From Dickeya dadantii NCPPB 898 (lineage in GTDB: Bacteria > Pseudomonadota > Gammaproteobacteria > Enterobacterales > Enterobacteriaceae), in NCBI RefSeq assembly GCF_000406145.1, contig NZ_CM001976.1, positions 1,950,061 through 1,982,060 of the forward strand: DNA of 32,000 nt, written 5' to 3'. This document shows, piece by piece, positions 14,884 through 22,930 of this stretch. Positions within the stretch are counted from its first letter, which is position 1. Each line of letters begins with the position of its first letter. A model generated the notes under the pieces. The model ran no database searches. It was not told the DNA's origin and saw nothing but the letters and a program-made list of their open reading frames with translations. The translations under genes were made by a program, and so were the position numbers.

Positions 14884-16581
14884 TCAGCGTTTAATGCTGA
14901 CGTTATCGAAGCTGACTTTGCCGTTGCCGCCATTGTGGGATGACAGCGCCAGCCCGATATACAGCGTATCGTTCATGTTGGGATTGATGAGTTTGTTGAG
15001 TCTGGTCCAGTTCAGGCCGTCGTCGGAAACCTCCGAGATAAAGGTGTTGCCGTCGCGGGTTAATCGCAGCCAGGTGGGCTGGCTGCCGTTTTCGGATTTG
15101 GCGAAAACGCCTCTGCTGCCGGTGGCGGAGCCGTCTTTGCTGCGCCATTGCGACATCGCGCCGGCTGACGCGGTATACCCCGTCAGCACATAGGCGCTGC
15201 TGTCGGAAAGGGTATTGCGTATCATCAGGCCGGCTTTGGCGTAAGGGTCGTTATACCGCAGATCGATCAGCCGCGCCGTAATACTGCCGTCGCCTTTCAG
15301 GGGTTGATAGACGAAATTGAAGGCGTCGGCGGCACCCCACATATCGCCGGTATGCGCTTCCAGCGCAATCACCTCCTGATCTTCGGTGGCGGTACCGGGC
15401 GTATCGGTTTTGCCGATGTCCTGCCGTTTCCATGCGTCGCTGAGCGGAGATGCCGGCGGCGTGGTCACGTTGACCACGTTGGAGTAAACGGAATCGCCAG
15501 CCTGATTGTAAGCCTTCACCCGGAACGCGTAGGCAGTGTTGGGGGCCAGCGTGCCCACCTCCACCGAGGTGGCGCCCGGCCCCAGCGATTCGGCGCTGGT
15601 GTAGGCGCCGCCGGCTTCATAGGCACGGGGCGTGGTGTCATAAGCGCCATCGCCGAAGGTGCCGGCATAGGAATATTCGACGATAAAGCCGCGCTCATTA
15701 TCCGAACAGTCGTTCCAGTCCAGTTGCACCACCGAACTGGAGATCGCGCCGGCGGTCAGGCTGTCCGGTGAGGCTGGTGGTTTATCTGCGCCGGTGTAGG
15801 GATCCAACGATATCCCCGCACGCAAGGTTTTAGCGTTGACGCGATAACGCGTCGCGGCCAGCCGGTTGTTCACGTCGTTGAGCGTCAGCGGCGTGATGCT
15901 GAGATCGTAATCCACCGGACCTTCGCGCTGGGTGAGGGTGGCGGTGCCGTCCAGATAGAAAATTTCGTTGAGCCACAGGCTGGGCATGATTTCGCCGTTA
16001 CCGGCCGGCGATCCGACGGTAAAGGGAACCATCGGGTTGCCGGTGCTGGTTTGGGTACCGGCGTTCCACACGGCGGAGCGGCCGGGCGCGCCGTCAAGGC
16101 TATAATCCGGCGCGTAGCGATCGGTCAACGCGACCTTTTTGATAAAGCCCTGCGTGGTTGTCACCAGCGGCGCATTTTCCGCCAGCAAGGTGCCGCCGCG
16201 GTTGAAATAGTTCAGTTCCCAGTGCATCAGAAAATATCCCTGACCGGTCAGGGTCAGGTGCTCGCCGGCGTGCAACAGCAGGTATTTCCCTTCCTTTGAA
16301 CCTTTGATGGGTTCGACGTATTTATTCGCCTCGCCATCGTTGTCGCCGACCAGCGTGACGCCGGTCGCCGTCGGCCGCTGGTACAGGCCGTTGATCCTGG
16401 AATAGGACAGATCCTGATCGCCTTTATCGAACGTCGCCTGTTCGGCCGCCGCGACGGACCCGGCACAGCGTTGCGTGTCGGCGGCGCTAGCGTCGTTGGC
16501 CACTCCGTAGGCGCCGAACAGCAATCCGCCAAGCAGGGCGTTGAGTCGGCGTTGGGGGTGGCGAGAACGGATGGTTTTCAT
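14884..16581 (-). CDS. Secreted multidomain protein: unknown N-terminal domain (about 250 aa), fibronectin type III domain, C-terminal ConA-like lectin/glucanase (DUF1349-like) domain (565 aa)
   Basis: Signal peptide ...RRLNALLGGLLFGAYGVANDASA/AD. FN3 signature: LTAGAISSSVVQLDWNDCSDNERGFIVEY...LAPNTAYAFRVKAYNQAGDS. C-terminal pattern: W..QDIG...PG.A......GDMWG..D.F.FVYQPL.GDGSITARL......PYAKAGLMIR...S....L....G...W, typical of ConA-like accessory domains. AGGA lies 9 nt upstream of the ATG. Confidence 0.8.
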   Translation of the reverse strand: MKTIRSRHPQRRLNALLGGLLFGAYGVANDASAADTQRCAGSVAAAEQATFDKGDQDLSYSRINGLYQRPTATGVTLVGDNDGEANKYVEPIKGSKEGKYLLLHAGEHLTLTGQGYFLMHWELNYFNRGGTLLAENAPLVTTTQGFIKKVALTDRYAPDYSLDGAPGRSAVWNAGTQTSTGNPMVPFTVGSPAGNGEIMPSLWLNEIFYLDGTATLTQREGPVDYDLSITPLTLNDVNNRLAATRYRVNAKTLRAGISLDPYTGADKPPASPDSLTAGAISSSVVQLDWNDCSDNERGFIVEYSYAGTFGDGAYDTTPRAYEAGGAYTSAESLGPGATSVEVGTLAPNTAYAFRVKAYNQAGDSVYSNVVNVTTPPASPLSDAWKRQDIGKTDTPGTATEDQEVIALEAHTGDMWGAADAFNFVYQPLKGDGSITARLIDLRYNDPYAKAGLMIRNTLSDSSAYVLTGYTASAGAMSQWRSKDGSATGSRGVFAKSENGSQPTWLRLTRDGNTFISEVSDDGLNWTRLNKLINPNMNDTLYIGLALSSHNGGNGKVSFDNVSIKR

Positions 16582-16819
16582 GTGCAGAATCCTGGTGAAT
16601 GTATAACGTATTGATTTAAATGTAATATCGATAATGACTGGCGATCGCTTCGAGCAGCGTATAGGAATCAGTAAAAAATGCCAGACCCATTGGATTTATT
16701 CTCGGAATGTTCGGGTACCGTGGGGCGATGGGACAACATGGCGTGAGGGAATCGGGTTGGCGCTGCTCTGAACGCCAGTACGTTAACGGCAGCCCCGGCA
16801 GGGCCGCCGTCAAGGCTTA

Positions 16820-17542
16820 TCAGGAAACGTGCTGTAAAAACTCGCGCAGGCGATCGCTGGGCGGATTAGAAATCAACGTATCCGGATGACCGTCTTCGGC
16901 AATACGGCCTTTATCGATGAAGATCAAGCGGGAGGCCACTTTTTGGGCAAAACCCACTTCATGGGTCACGATGACCATGGTCATGCCTTCTTCGGCCAGA
17001 TCTTTCATCACGTTCAGCACTTCGTGGCGCAGCTCCGGGTCCAGCGCCGAGGTCGGCTCGTCAAACAGCATCAGCTTAGGTTTGACCGCCAGCGCACGGG
17101 CGATCGCCACACGCTGCTGCTGGCCGCCGGACAGCTCGGACGGGTAGTGGTGCGCGCGCTCCGCCAGACCCACTTTGCCCAACAGCTCACGGGCTAGTTT
17201 CTCCGCGTCGGCCTTGCTGGCGCCGCGTACCCGAATCGGGCCGAAGGCCACGTTTTCCAGCGCAGTCAGGTGCGGGAACAGGTAGAACTGCTGGAACACC
17301 ATGCCCGCTTCCTGACGGATCAGGCGCTCGTCCACTTTCGGGTCGTTGACGGTCAGGCCGTCCACCACCAGTTCGCCGCTGCTGATCTCTTCGAGCTTGT
17401 TGATGCAGCGCAGCAGGGTGGATTTCCCGGAGCCGGACGGCCCGATGATCACTACTACTTCACCCTGATTGATGTTCAGGTTGATGTCGTGCAGTACCTG
17501 AGTCTGACCGTAGTGTTTCGATACGTTTTTAAATTCAATCAT
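16820..17542 (-). CDS. glnQ: Glutamine ABC transporter ATP-binding protein GlnQ (240 aa)
   Basis: [51 protein letters not shown]. Walker [16 protein letters not shown] and Walker B are present. It overlaps glnP by 4 nt (ATGA), and the gene order glnHPQ is as in E. coli. Confidence 0.95.
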   Translation of the reverse strand: MIEFKNVSKHYGQTQVLHDINLNINQGEVVVIIGPSGSGKSTLLRCINKLEEISSGELVVDGLTVNDPKVDERLIRQEAGMVFQQFYLFPHLTALENVAFGPIRVRGASKADAEKLARELLGKVGLAERAHHYPSELSGGQQQRVAIARALAVKPKLMLFDEPTSALDPELRHEVLNVMKDLAEEGMTMVIVTHEVGFAQKVASRLIFIDKGRIAEDGHPDTLISNPPSDRLREFLQHVS

Positions 17543-18198
17543 ATAATCTTCAGTCTTCTTTCCAGCCAGCGCATTCCAATGGTAAGAACCAGTGTAATGA
17601 CCAGATAGATAATCGCCGTGGCGGTCAGTATTTCCAACGCGCGGAAATTACCCGCAATGATTTCCTGTGCCTGACGCGTGAGCTCAGATACACCAATCAC
17701 AATACACAATGACGTGTCTTTAATACTGATGATCCACTGGTTGCCCAGCGGCGGCAGCATACGACGTAATGCCAGCGGCGTAATCACATGGCGCAAGGTG
17801 GCACGGTGCGATAACCCCAGCGCCAAACCCGCTTCGGTAAAGCCTTTATGGATAGACAACACCGCACCGCGTGTAATCTCGGCGATGTAGGCACCCGAGT
17901 TAATCATGATAGTGATGATGGCTGCGGTAACCGGGTCTATGCGAACCGATGTCAGCATCATGGGAAGAGCGAAGTAGATGTACATTATCTGTATCACCAT
18001 GGGGGTGCCACGGATCACTTCGATAAAAACCAACGCGATGCGGTTAGAGAACCACCCGCCATAGACACGGGCAAAACCCGCCATAACGCCGATAACCAAG
18101 CCGCCCAACAGCCCCAGCACGGAAATCAGCAGAGTCATTTGGGCCCCTTCCAGCAATTGAGGGATAGACGGCCAAATGACACTCCAGTCAAACTGCAT
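17539..18198 (-). CDS. glnP: Glutamine ABC transporter permease GlnP (219 aa)
   Basis: Polar amino-acid ABC permease with the EAA-like loop ([34 protein letters not shown]). It sits between glnH and glnQ. Confidence 0.93.
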   Translation of the reverse strand: MQFDWSVIWPSIPQLLEGAQMTLLISVLGLLGGLVIGVMAGFARVYGGWFSNRIALVFIEVIRGTPMVIQIMYIYFALPMMLTSVRIDPVTAAIITIMINSGAYIAEITRGAVLSIHKGFTEAGLALGLSHRATLRHVITPLALRRMLPPLGNQWIISIKDTSLCIVIGVSELTRQAQEIIAGNFRALEILTATAIIYLVITLVLTIGMRWLERRLKII

Positions 18199-18299
18199 GA
18201 AAATTCTCCAGCAATGATAACGCTACAAAATGTAATGAAAAAAATAATAGAGTGAAGCGCCGCGCGGTTTATCCGGCGACGCCGCAGCGGTGAAGTCTA

Positions 18300-19049
18300 T
18301 TATTTCGGTTCGGTGCCGAACCATTTTTTGTAGATGGCGGCGTAGGTGCCGTTGTCGCGCAAGGTTTTCAGCGCACCGTTCACCTTGTTACGCAGCTCGT
18401 CGCTGCCTTTCGGGAAGGCGACGCCGTATTGCTGTGCCTTGATCGACTCACCGACGGTTTTGAACTTGCCGTTGCCGGCCGTTTTGATGAAATACAGGAT
18501 GTTCGGGGTGTCATGCAGTACCGCGTCGGCACGGTTGGTACCCAACTCCAGATAGGCGTTGTCGATGTTCGGGAACTGGCGCAGTTCCTTGGTTTTGATG
18601 TTGGCTTTGGCGTAGTCGACCGAACCGGTGCCGCTCTTCACCGCCACCACTTTACCGGCCAGATCCTGCTCGCCTTTGATGTCCTGATTGTCGGCGCGCA
18701 CCATCACCAGCAGGCCGCTGTTGTAGTAACCGTCAGAGAAATCGATTGCGCGCTTGCGCTCTTCGGTAATGGTGATGCCGGCCAGCGCCAGATCCACGTT
18801 GCGGGTTTGTAGCGCCGGGATGATGCCGCTGAAGTCCATCGGTTTCAGGGTGTAGTTCAGGTTCAGTTGCTTGGCGATGGCATCCCACAGGTCGATGTCA
18901 AAACCGACGTATTTGTCGCCTTGCTTAAATTCAAACGGCACGAACGCGGTGTCGGTCGCCACGAGCAGTGGTTTCTCCGCTGCCTGACCGGACAGGCTGA
19001 AGGCCAGCGCAAGTGCGGCCAGTGAAGCTTTAAATAATGATTTCATCAA
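18300..19049 (-). CDS. glnH: Glutamine-binding periplasmic protein GlnH (249 aa; the second Met at 19046 may be the true start)
   Basis: Signal peptide, then [28 protein letters not shown], nearly identical to E. coli GlnH as I recall it. Confidence 0.95.
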   Translation of the reverse strand: MMKSLFKASLAALALAFSLSGQAAEKPLLVATDTAFVPFEFKQGDKYVGFDIDLWDAIAKQLNLNYTLKPMDFSGIIPALQTRNVDLALAGITITEERKRAIDFSDGYYNSGLLVMVRADNQDIKGEQDLAGKVVAVKSGTGSVDYAKANIKTKELRQFPNIDNAYLELGTNRADAVLHDTPNILYFIKTAGNGKFKTVGESIKAQQYGVAFPKGSDELRNKVNGALKTLRDNGTYAAIYKKWFGTEPK

Positions 19050-19502
19050 AACGTCCTTCCTCTCGTTGGTTATATATTCCGCTGTCTTACCGCACCTTAC
19101 GGATTTGCTGCGTCAACCCCGGCATGCAGGTATGGGCCGATGGCTCGGCATCGGTTGTGATCACTCGCCGTACTGCCGGAGGCGGTGGAGAAAACAGGGG
19201 GAGTCGTTGCCAAAACAGGACGGGTAGACCCGCTAATTATTATGATGCATCCATCAGAAACGCCTATGGATCGCGCTGCTATGAATAACTGAATTGTGCA
19301 GGGGACACAACCGTTGATTACGTTCTGGGGACAATATTGCTAACAAGCGCTAACTTTTTGTACGTTTTGCAACGTTATTTCGAGCGTTTTGCGTAGTGAT
19401 GCAAAAAAAATGCATATTATTTCAGACGTTCTGACAGGGTGAAAATCGCGGAAAAAGGCATGGATGAAACAGCAAAAGGGGGGGAATCGGTGGAAATGGA
19501 CG

Positions 19503-19528
19503 GGGAAATCCGGCGGCTGAGCCGCCGG
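19503..19528 (-). terminator. Probable dps terminator
   Basis: 8-bp GC stem: ccggcggc (19510-19517) pairs with gccgccgg (19521-19528), with a 3-nt loop. It begins 15 nt after the dps stop. The minus strand continues AUUUCCCC, a short U-tract. Confidence 0.45.
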
Positions 19529-19542
19529 TCATCATTGATGAA

Positions 19543-20046
19543 TTATTCGATGTTGGCTTCGATGAACCACAGGTACTGATCCAGATCGCGGGAGGCGGCG
19601 GTGAGCATGTCCGCGGTATCTTCATCCTGTGCCTGACTGATGGCTTTGCGAACGGTATTCGCCACAACGGCGTAGCGGTCCGCCAGGGCCTTCAGATGGT
19701 CCTGCACGCTGTGGATATCAAGCGGGTAGGGCTTCAGTGCGGTTTTCTCGTGGAGCACCCGGGTGGTGCCGGTCGCCACGCCGCCCACCTGCACCACGCG
19801 CTCGGCGAAGGTATCCAGATGGGTAATCAACGAGGTGCGGAAGGTATCCAGCATCTCGTGTACGGCGATGAAATTCGCTCCGCGCATGTTCCAGTGCGCC
19901 TGCTTGGTGATCAGCGACAGATCGGTAAAGTCCACGACCAGCTGATTGAGCAGGGCAATGGTCGAGGCTTTAACGTTATCGTCCAGATCGTTACGGGTGA
20001 AAATAAGATCAGCGGAAGCTGTTTTTACCAGTTTGGCTGTACGCAT
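19543..20046 (-). CDS. dps: DNA-binding ferritin-like stationary-phase protection protein Dps (167 aa)
   Basis: [21 protein letters not shown]...[26 protein letters not shown] is collinear with E. coli Dps. AGAGGA RBS. Confidence 0.97.
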   Translation of the reverse strand: MRTAKLVKTASADLIFTRNDLDDNVKASTIALLNQLVVDFTDLSLITKQAHWNMRGANFIAVHEMLDTFRTSLITHLDTFAERVVQVGGVATGTTRVLHEKTALKPYPLDIHSVQDHLKALADRYAVVANTVRKAISQAQDEDTADMLTAASRDLDQYLWFIEANIE

Positions 20047-20105
20047 AGTATTATCCTCTTTATTCCTGTCATTACTGATAATGATTTTGGCTGTCGACGA
20101 GACGA

Positions 20106-20111
20106 ATTATA
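20106..20111 (-). promoter_or_regulatory. Candidate dps -10 hexamer TATAAT
   Basis: The minus strand reads ggctgcTATAATtcg, about 55 nt upstream of the dps ATG. There is no good -35, consistent with an activator- or sigmaS-dependent promoter as known for E. coli dps. Confidence 0.4.
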
Positions 20112-20143
20112 GCAGCCGGTATGAGCAGAGGATGCTCAGTTCG

Positions 20144-20162
20144 GTCTATTACAGGAATAGAC
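20144..20162. promoter_or_regulatory. 7-bp inverted repeat GTCTATT-N5-AATAGAC containing CTAT-N7-ATAG; candidate OxyR-type site upstream of dps
   Basis: Read directly. CTAT-N7-ATAG matches the central part of the OxyR consensus ATAGnTnnnAnCTAT-N7-ATAGnTnnnAnCTAT, but the flanking quarter-sites match poorly. It is centred about 45 bp upstream of the candidate -10. Confidence 0.35.
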
Positions 20163-20495
20163 TCAGACATCTAAGAATGTCGCCTGGCTGGCACGCTATT
20201 TAACATTCAGATCAACCAGTAAAGGAATCAAAAGGGATGGTTTGGATATTGATATAAATTACAAGGTGTTGACGAGAGTGGTAACGAGAAAGAATCAGCG
20301 ATACTTCACTTTTAGTGCTATTTAAATATTCAATTGTTTTCAGAATGTGTCTTTTTGAAATAAAGACAGCCGGCGGGATAGTCACACAAAATGATATTTC
20401 CCGGCCGGGACTGGCCGGGAGAAAGGCTATTTTTAGGCGGAACAATGATGACGCCGCTTATTCAGAACGCGGCGGATTTCAGGGCGAGCCGGGTC

Positions 20496-21380
20496 TCAGG
20501 ACGAGGCAGATGATGTCGCGTTCTTTTTCGCGCTAAGCGTGGTGCCCAGCGAGGCGATAATAATAAACGCCAGCGCCAGCCACTGGGTGAGCGACAGGTG
20601 TTCGCCGAGAAAAAGAATGCCGGACATCGCCGCCACCGCGGGTTCCAGGCTCATCAGGGTGCTGAACGTACGCGCCGGTAAACGGGTTAGCGCCAGCATT
20701 TCCAGCGTATACGGCAGCGCGGTGGACAGCACCGCCACCGCTATACCTATCGGCAGAATACTGAGGGAAAATAGACTGTTGGTATCGGAAAACAGCAGGC
20801 CGATCGGACAATAGATCAGCGCGGCGATCAGCGAACCCATCGCCACGGTGCCGGCGCCGTGGTTGGCGCCGGCCTTCTGACCGAACAGGATATAACCCGC
20901 CCAGCAGGCGCCGGCGCCGGCGGCAAAGGCGGCGCCGGTTAAATCCACATTACCGATGTGCTGCCCGAGCGGCAACAACAACCACAGCCCGGCGGCGGCC
21001 AGCAATACCCACATGAAATCCAGCAGGCGGCGCGACGCCAGAATCGCGACCGCCAGCGGCCCGGTGAACTCCAGCGCCACCACGATCCCCAACGGTACGG
21101 TGCGCAGCGCCAGATAAAACAGATAGTTCATGCCGCCCAGCGTGATGCCGTAGACCAGCAGCGACAACCTGTCCGACCCAAAGCGCAGCCGCCAGGGCCT
21201 GAACACCACCAGCAGAATCAGCGCGCCTATCGCCAGGCGCAGTGCCGTCATGCCGGATGCGCCGATCAGCGGGAAAACCATCTTGGCCATCGCCGCGCCG
21301 GTCTGGATGGAAAGCATGGCGATGATGATCAGTAATACCGGCAGGAATACGGAGTTTTTTAATGCGGAAATCAAGGTCAT
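20496..21380 (-). CDS. rhtA: Threonine/homoserine exporter RhtA (DMT/EamA family) (294 aa)
   Basis: Collinear with E. coli RhtA (GMNYLFYLALRTVPLGIVVALEFTGPLAVA, LLLPLGQ..G.VDLTGAAFA.GAGACWA.YI, STALPYTLEMLALTRLP.RTF.TLMS.EPA.AA.SG). It sits between dps and ompX as in E. coli. Confidence 0.93.
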   Translation of the reverse strand: MTLISALKNSVFLPVLLIIIAMLSIQTGAAMAKMVFPLIGASGMTALRLAIGALILLVVFRPWRLRFGSDRLSLLVYGITLGGMNYLFYLALRTVPLGIVVALEFTGPLAVAILASRRLLDFMWVLLAAAGLWLLLPLGQHIGNVDLTGAAFAAGAGACWAGYILFGQKAGANHGAGTVAMGSLIAALIYCPIGLLFSDTNSLFSLSILPIGIAVAVLSTALPYTLEMLALTRLPARTFSTLMSLEPAVAAMSGILFLGEHLSLTQWLALAFIIIASLGTTLSAKKNATSSASS

Positions 21381-21527
21381 TGCAGGGCCTTAAAATTCAA
21401 TGTGCAACCAGAAAAAAGCAGGCAATAAATGAACAAATTATTCGAAGTTAGTTTACTCTTGTTGACCTTAATTTACTCTCCATTTGAAAATCTTTTTTTT
21501 GATATAAATTCAGCTTGAAAATTAATC

Positions 21528-21560
21528 AAAAAATTAAGAAAACTCCGCATCGAAGCGGAG
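21528..21560 (-). terminator. Orphan terminator-like hairpin inside the rhtA-ompX intergenic region (minus-strand orientation fits best)
   Basis: ctccgc (21543-21548) pairs with gcggag (21555-21560), with a 6-nt loop. The minus strand continues UUUUCUUAAUUUUUU. It lies 148 nt upstream of the rhtA ATG, and no annotated gene ends here. Confidence 0.4.
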
Positions 21561-21698
21561 CGATTCATTTATTTTTTCATACGTTCGTGAACTTTATTTT
21601 TCATTAAAAATCAATAATATAAATTGAAAATGAAATGAATTGTTACATGTTTAGCCTAATTGAAAAATAATAACCAGGCGGCATGTGCCCTAATTTTT

Positions 21699-21707
21699 TG
21701 TTATATT
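21699..21707 (+). promoter_or_regulatory. Candidate extended -10 promoter element of ompX (TGtTATATT)
   Basis: ttttTGtTATATTtgtc lies 45 nt upstream of the ompX ATG. The -35 is poor, which an extended -10 can tolerate. Confidence 0.35.
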
Positions 21708-21751
21708 TGTCTCGCTTAAATCTTCTTTCGTAAGATAATTCGAGGCATATT

Positions 21752-22267
21752 ATGAAAAAAATCGCGTGTCTTTCCGCTCTGGCTTGTGTTCTGGCCGTAA
21801 GCGCAGGTACTGCAGTGGCTGGCGACAGCACTGTATCTCTTGGTTATGCTCAGGGCGACGCTCAGGGCGTGCAAAACAAACTGCCGGGTTTCAACCTGAA
21901 ATACCGTTACGAATTCGATAACAGCCAGCTGGGCGTGGTAGGGTCTTTCACCTACCTGCAGGACAGCCAGACTGTTAACGGTACCTACGACAAAGCGCAG
22001 TACTACGGTTTCAGCGCCGGTCCGTCTTTCCGTTTCAACGACTGGGCGAGCATCTATGGCCTGGTTGGCGTGAGCGCGGCTAAATTCACCGCCAACAACA
22101 CCGACGGTTCTTCCAACAACAGCTCCAGCGATGCTGGCTTTGTCTACGGTGCCGGTCTGCAGTTCAACCCGGTTCAGAACGTAGCCTTTGACGTTGGTTA
22201 CGAGCAGAGCCGTATCCGCAGCGTTGACGTAGGCAGCTGGAACGTGGGCGTAGGCTACCGTTTCTAA
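21752..22267 (+). CDS. ompX: Outer membrane protein OmpX (8-stranded beta-barrel) (171 aa)
   Basis: MKKIACLSALACVLAVSAGTAVA signal peptide. GFNLKYRYE, GSFTY, NDWASIYG.VGV, YGAGLQFNP and YEQSRIRSVDVG.W..GVGYRF are collinear with E. coli OmpX. Confidence 0.97.
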   Translation: MKKIACLSALACVLAVSAGTAVAGDSTVSLGYAQGDAQGVQNKLPGFNLKYRYEFDNSQLGVVGSFTYLQDSQTVNGTYDKAQYYGFSAGPSFRFNDWASIYGLVGVSAAKFTANNTDGSSNNSSSDAGFVYGAGLQFNPVQNVAFDVGYEQSRIRSVDVGSWNVGVGYRF

Positions 22268-22314
22268 TCGCGCCATGCGCTTCACGCACCGCGTGAAAAA
22301 ATGCGTTCTGAAAA

Positions 22315-22340
22315 ATCCGCCCTGCCGGGTGGATTTTTTT
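22315..22340 (+). terminator. Rho-independent terminator of ompX (preceded by a second hairpin at 22281-22297)
   Basis: atccgccc (22315-22322) pairs with gggtggat (22327-22334): 8 bp including 1 G.U, loop tgcc, then TTTTTTT. Upstream, ttcacgc-acc-gcgtgaa forms a 7-bp hairpin. Confidence 0.8.
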
Positions 22341-22833
22341 ATGGCTGCGGCAAGCCCGCCAGCAGTTTTTTAAGCAGCAGGTTGAGTTGCTGCTGTTCGT
22401 CTTCATTCAATGATGCCAACGCCTGCCGCTCATTGTCGGTATGTAGCGCCACCAGCGTATCCATCAGTTCCCGCCCTTGTTCCGTCAGCGTGACCAGCGT
22501 ACCGCGCCGATCCTGCGGGTTGCTCTGACGTGCCACCCACTGCGCCTGTTCCAGCCGATCGATGCGGTTGGTCATGCCGCCTGACGACATCATCAGCGCC
22601 TCGTACAGCTGCGTGGGCGTCAGCGCATAGGGCGCGCCGCTGCGTCGCAGCGTCGCCAACACATCAAACTCGCCGGGACGCAGACCGAAACGGGTAAATA
22701 GTGGGTTGAGATGATCCCGTTCGAGCCGCTGGGCGGCTTCGAACAGCCGGCCCAGCACCTGCATCGGAAACGGGTCAATATCCGGCCTTTCCCGCCGCCA
22801 TTGTTCATAGGCGTTATCTGCGCGATCTGTCAT
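22339..22833 (-). CDS. MarR-family transcriptional regulator (164 aa)
   Basis: The winged-HTH core LRPGEFDVLATLRRSGAPYALTPTQLYEALMMSSGGMTNRIDRLEQAQWVARQSNPQDRRGTLVTLTEQG is typical of MarR proteins. It diverges from an MFS gene. Confidence 0.88.
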   Translation of the reverse strand: MTDRADNAYEQWRRERPDIDPFPMQVLGRLFEAAQRLERDHLNPLFTRFGLRPGEFDVLATLRRSGAPYALTPTQLYEALMMSSGGMTNRIDRLEQAQWVARQSNPQDRRGTLVTLTEQGRELMDTLVALHTDNERQALASLNEDEQQQLNLLLKKLLAGLPQP

Positions 22834-22844
22834 AAGCGTAATTT

Positions 22845-22860
22845 ATCTTGACGTTAAGAT
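22845..22860. promoter_or_regulatory. Near-perfect 16-bp palindrome ATCTTGACGTTAAGAT in the MarR/MFS divergent region; candidate MarR operator overlapping a TTGACG -35-like hexamer
   Basis: Read directly. There is one symmetric mismatch pair (G6/T11). It lies 12 bp from the marR-like start codon. Confidence 0.55.
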
Positions 22861-22930
22861 TCTTTTGATGAAGATATTCTACGGGCAACACAGGTCGTCG
22901 TTCAAGCATCAGGGAGTCATAAGGAGCGTT

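Noticed and set aside
19195-19214. Possible sigma54 promoter for glnH (minus strand TTGGCAAcgactCCCCC)
   Set aside because: The -24 GG is present, but the -12 position reads CC rather than the required GC. I also could not find convincing NtrC sites (TGCACC-N5-GGTGCA type) upstream. E. coli glnHp2 is sigma54-dependent, so a real promoter may exist here, but the sequence match is too weak to call.
22865-22930. Upstream extension of the MFS ORF (start at 22865)
   Set aside because: ATG 22931 is preceded by AAGGAG. The extension would start inside the operator/promoter region and adds no hydrophobic segment.
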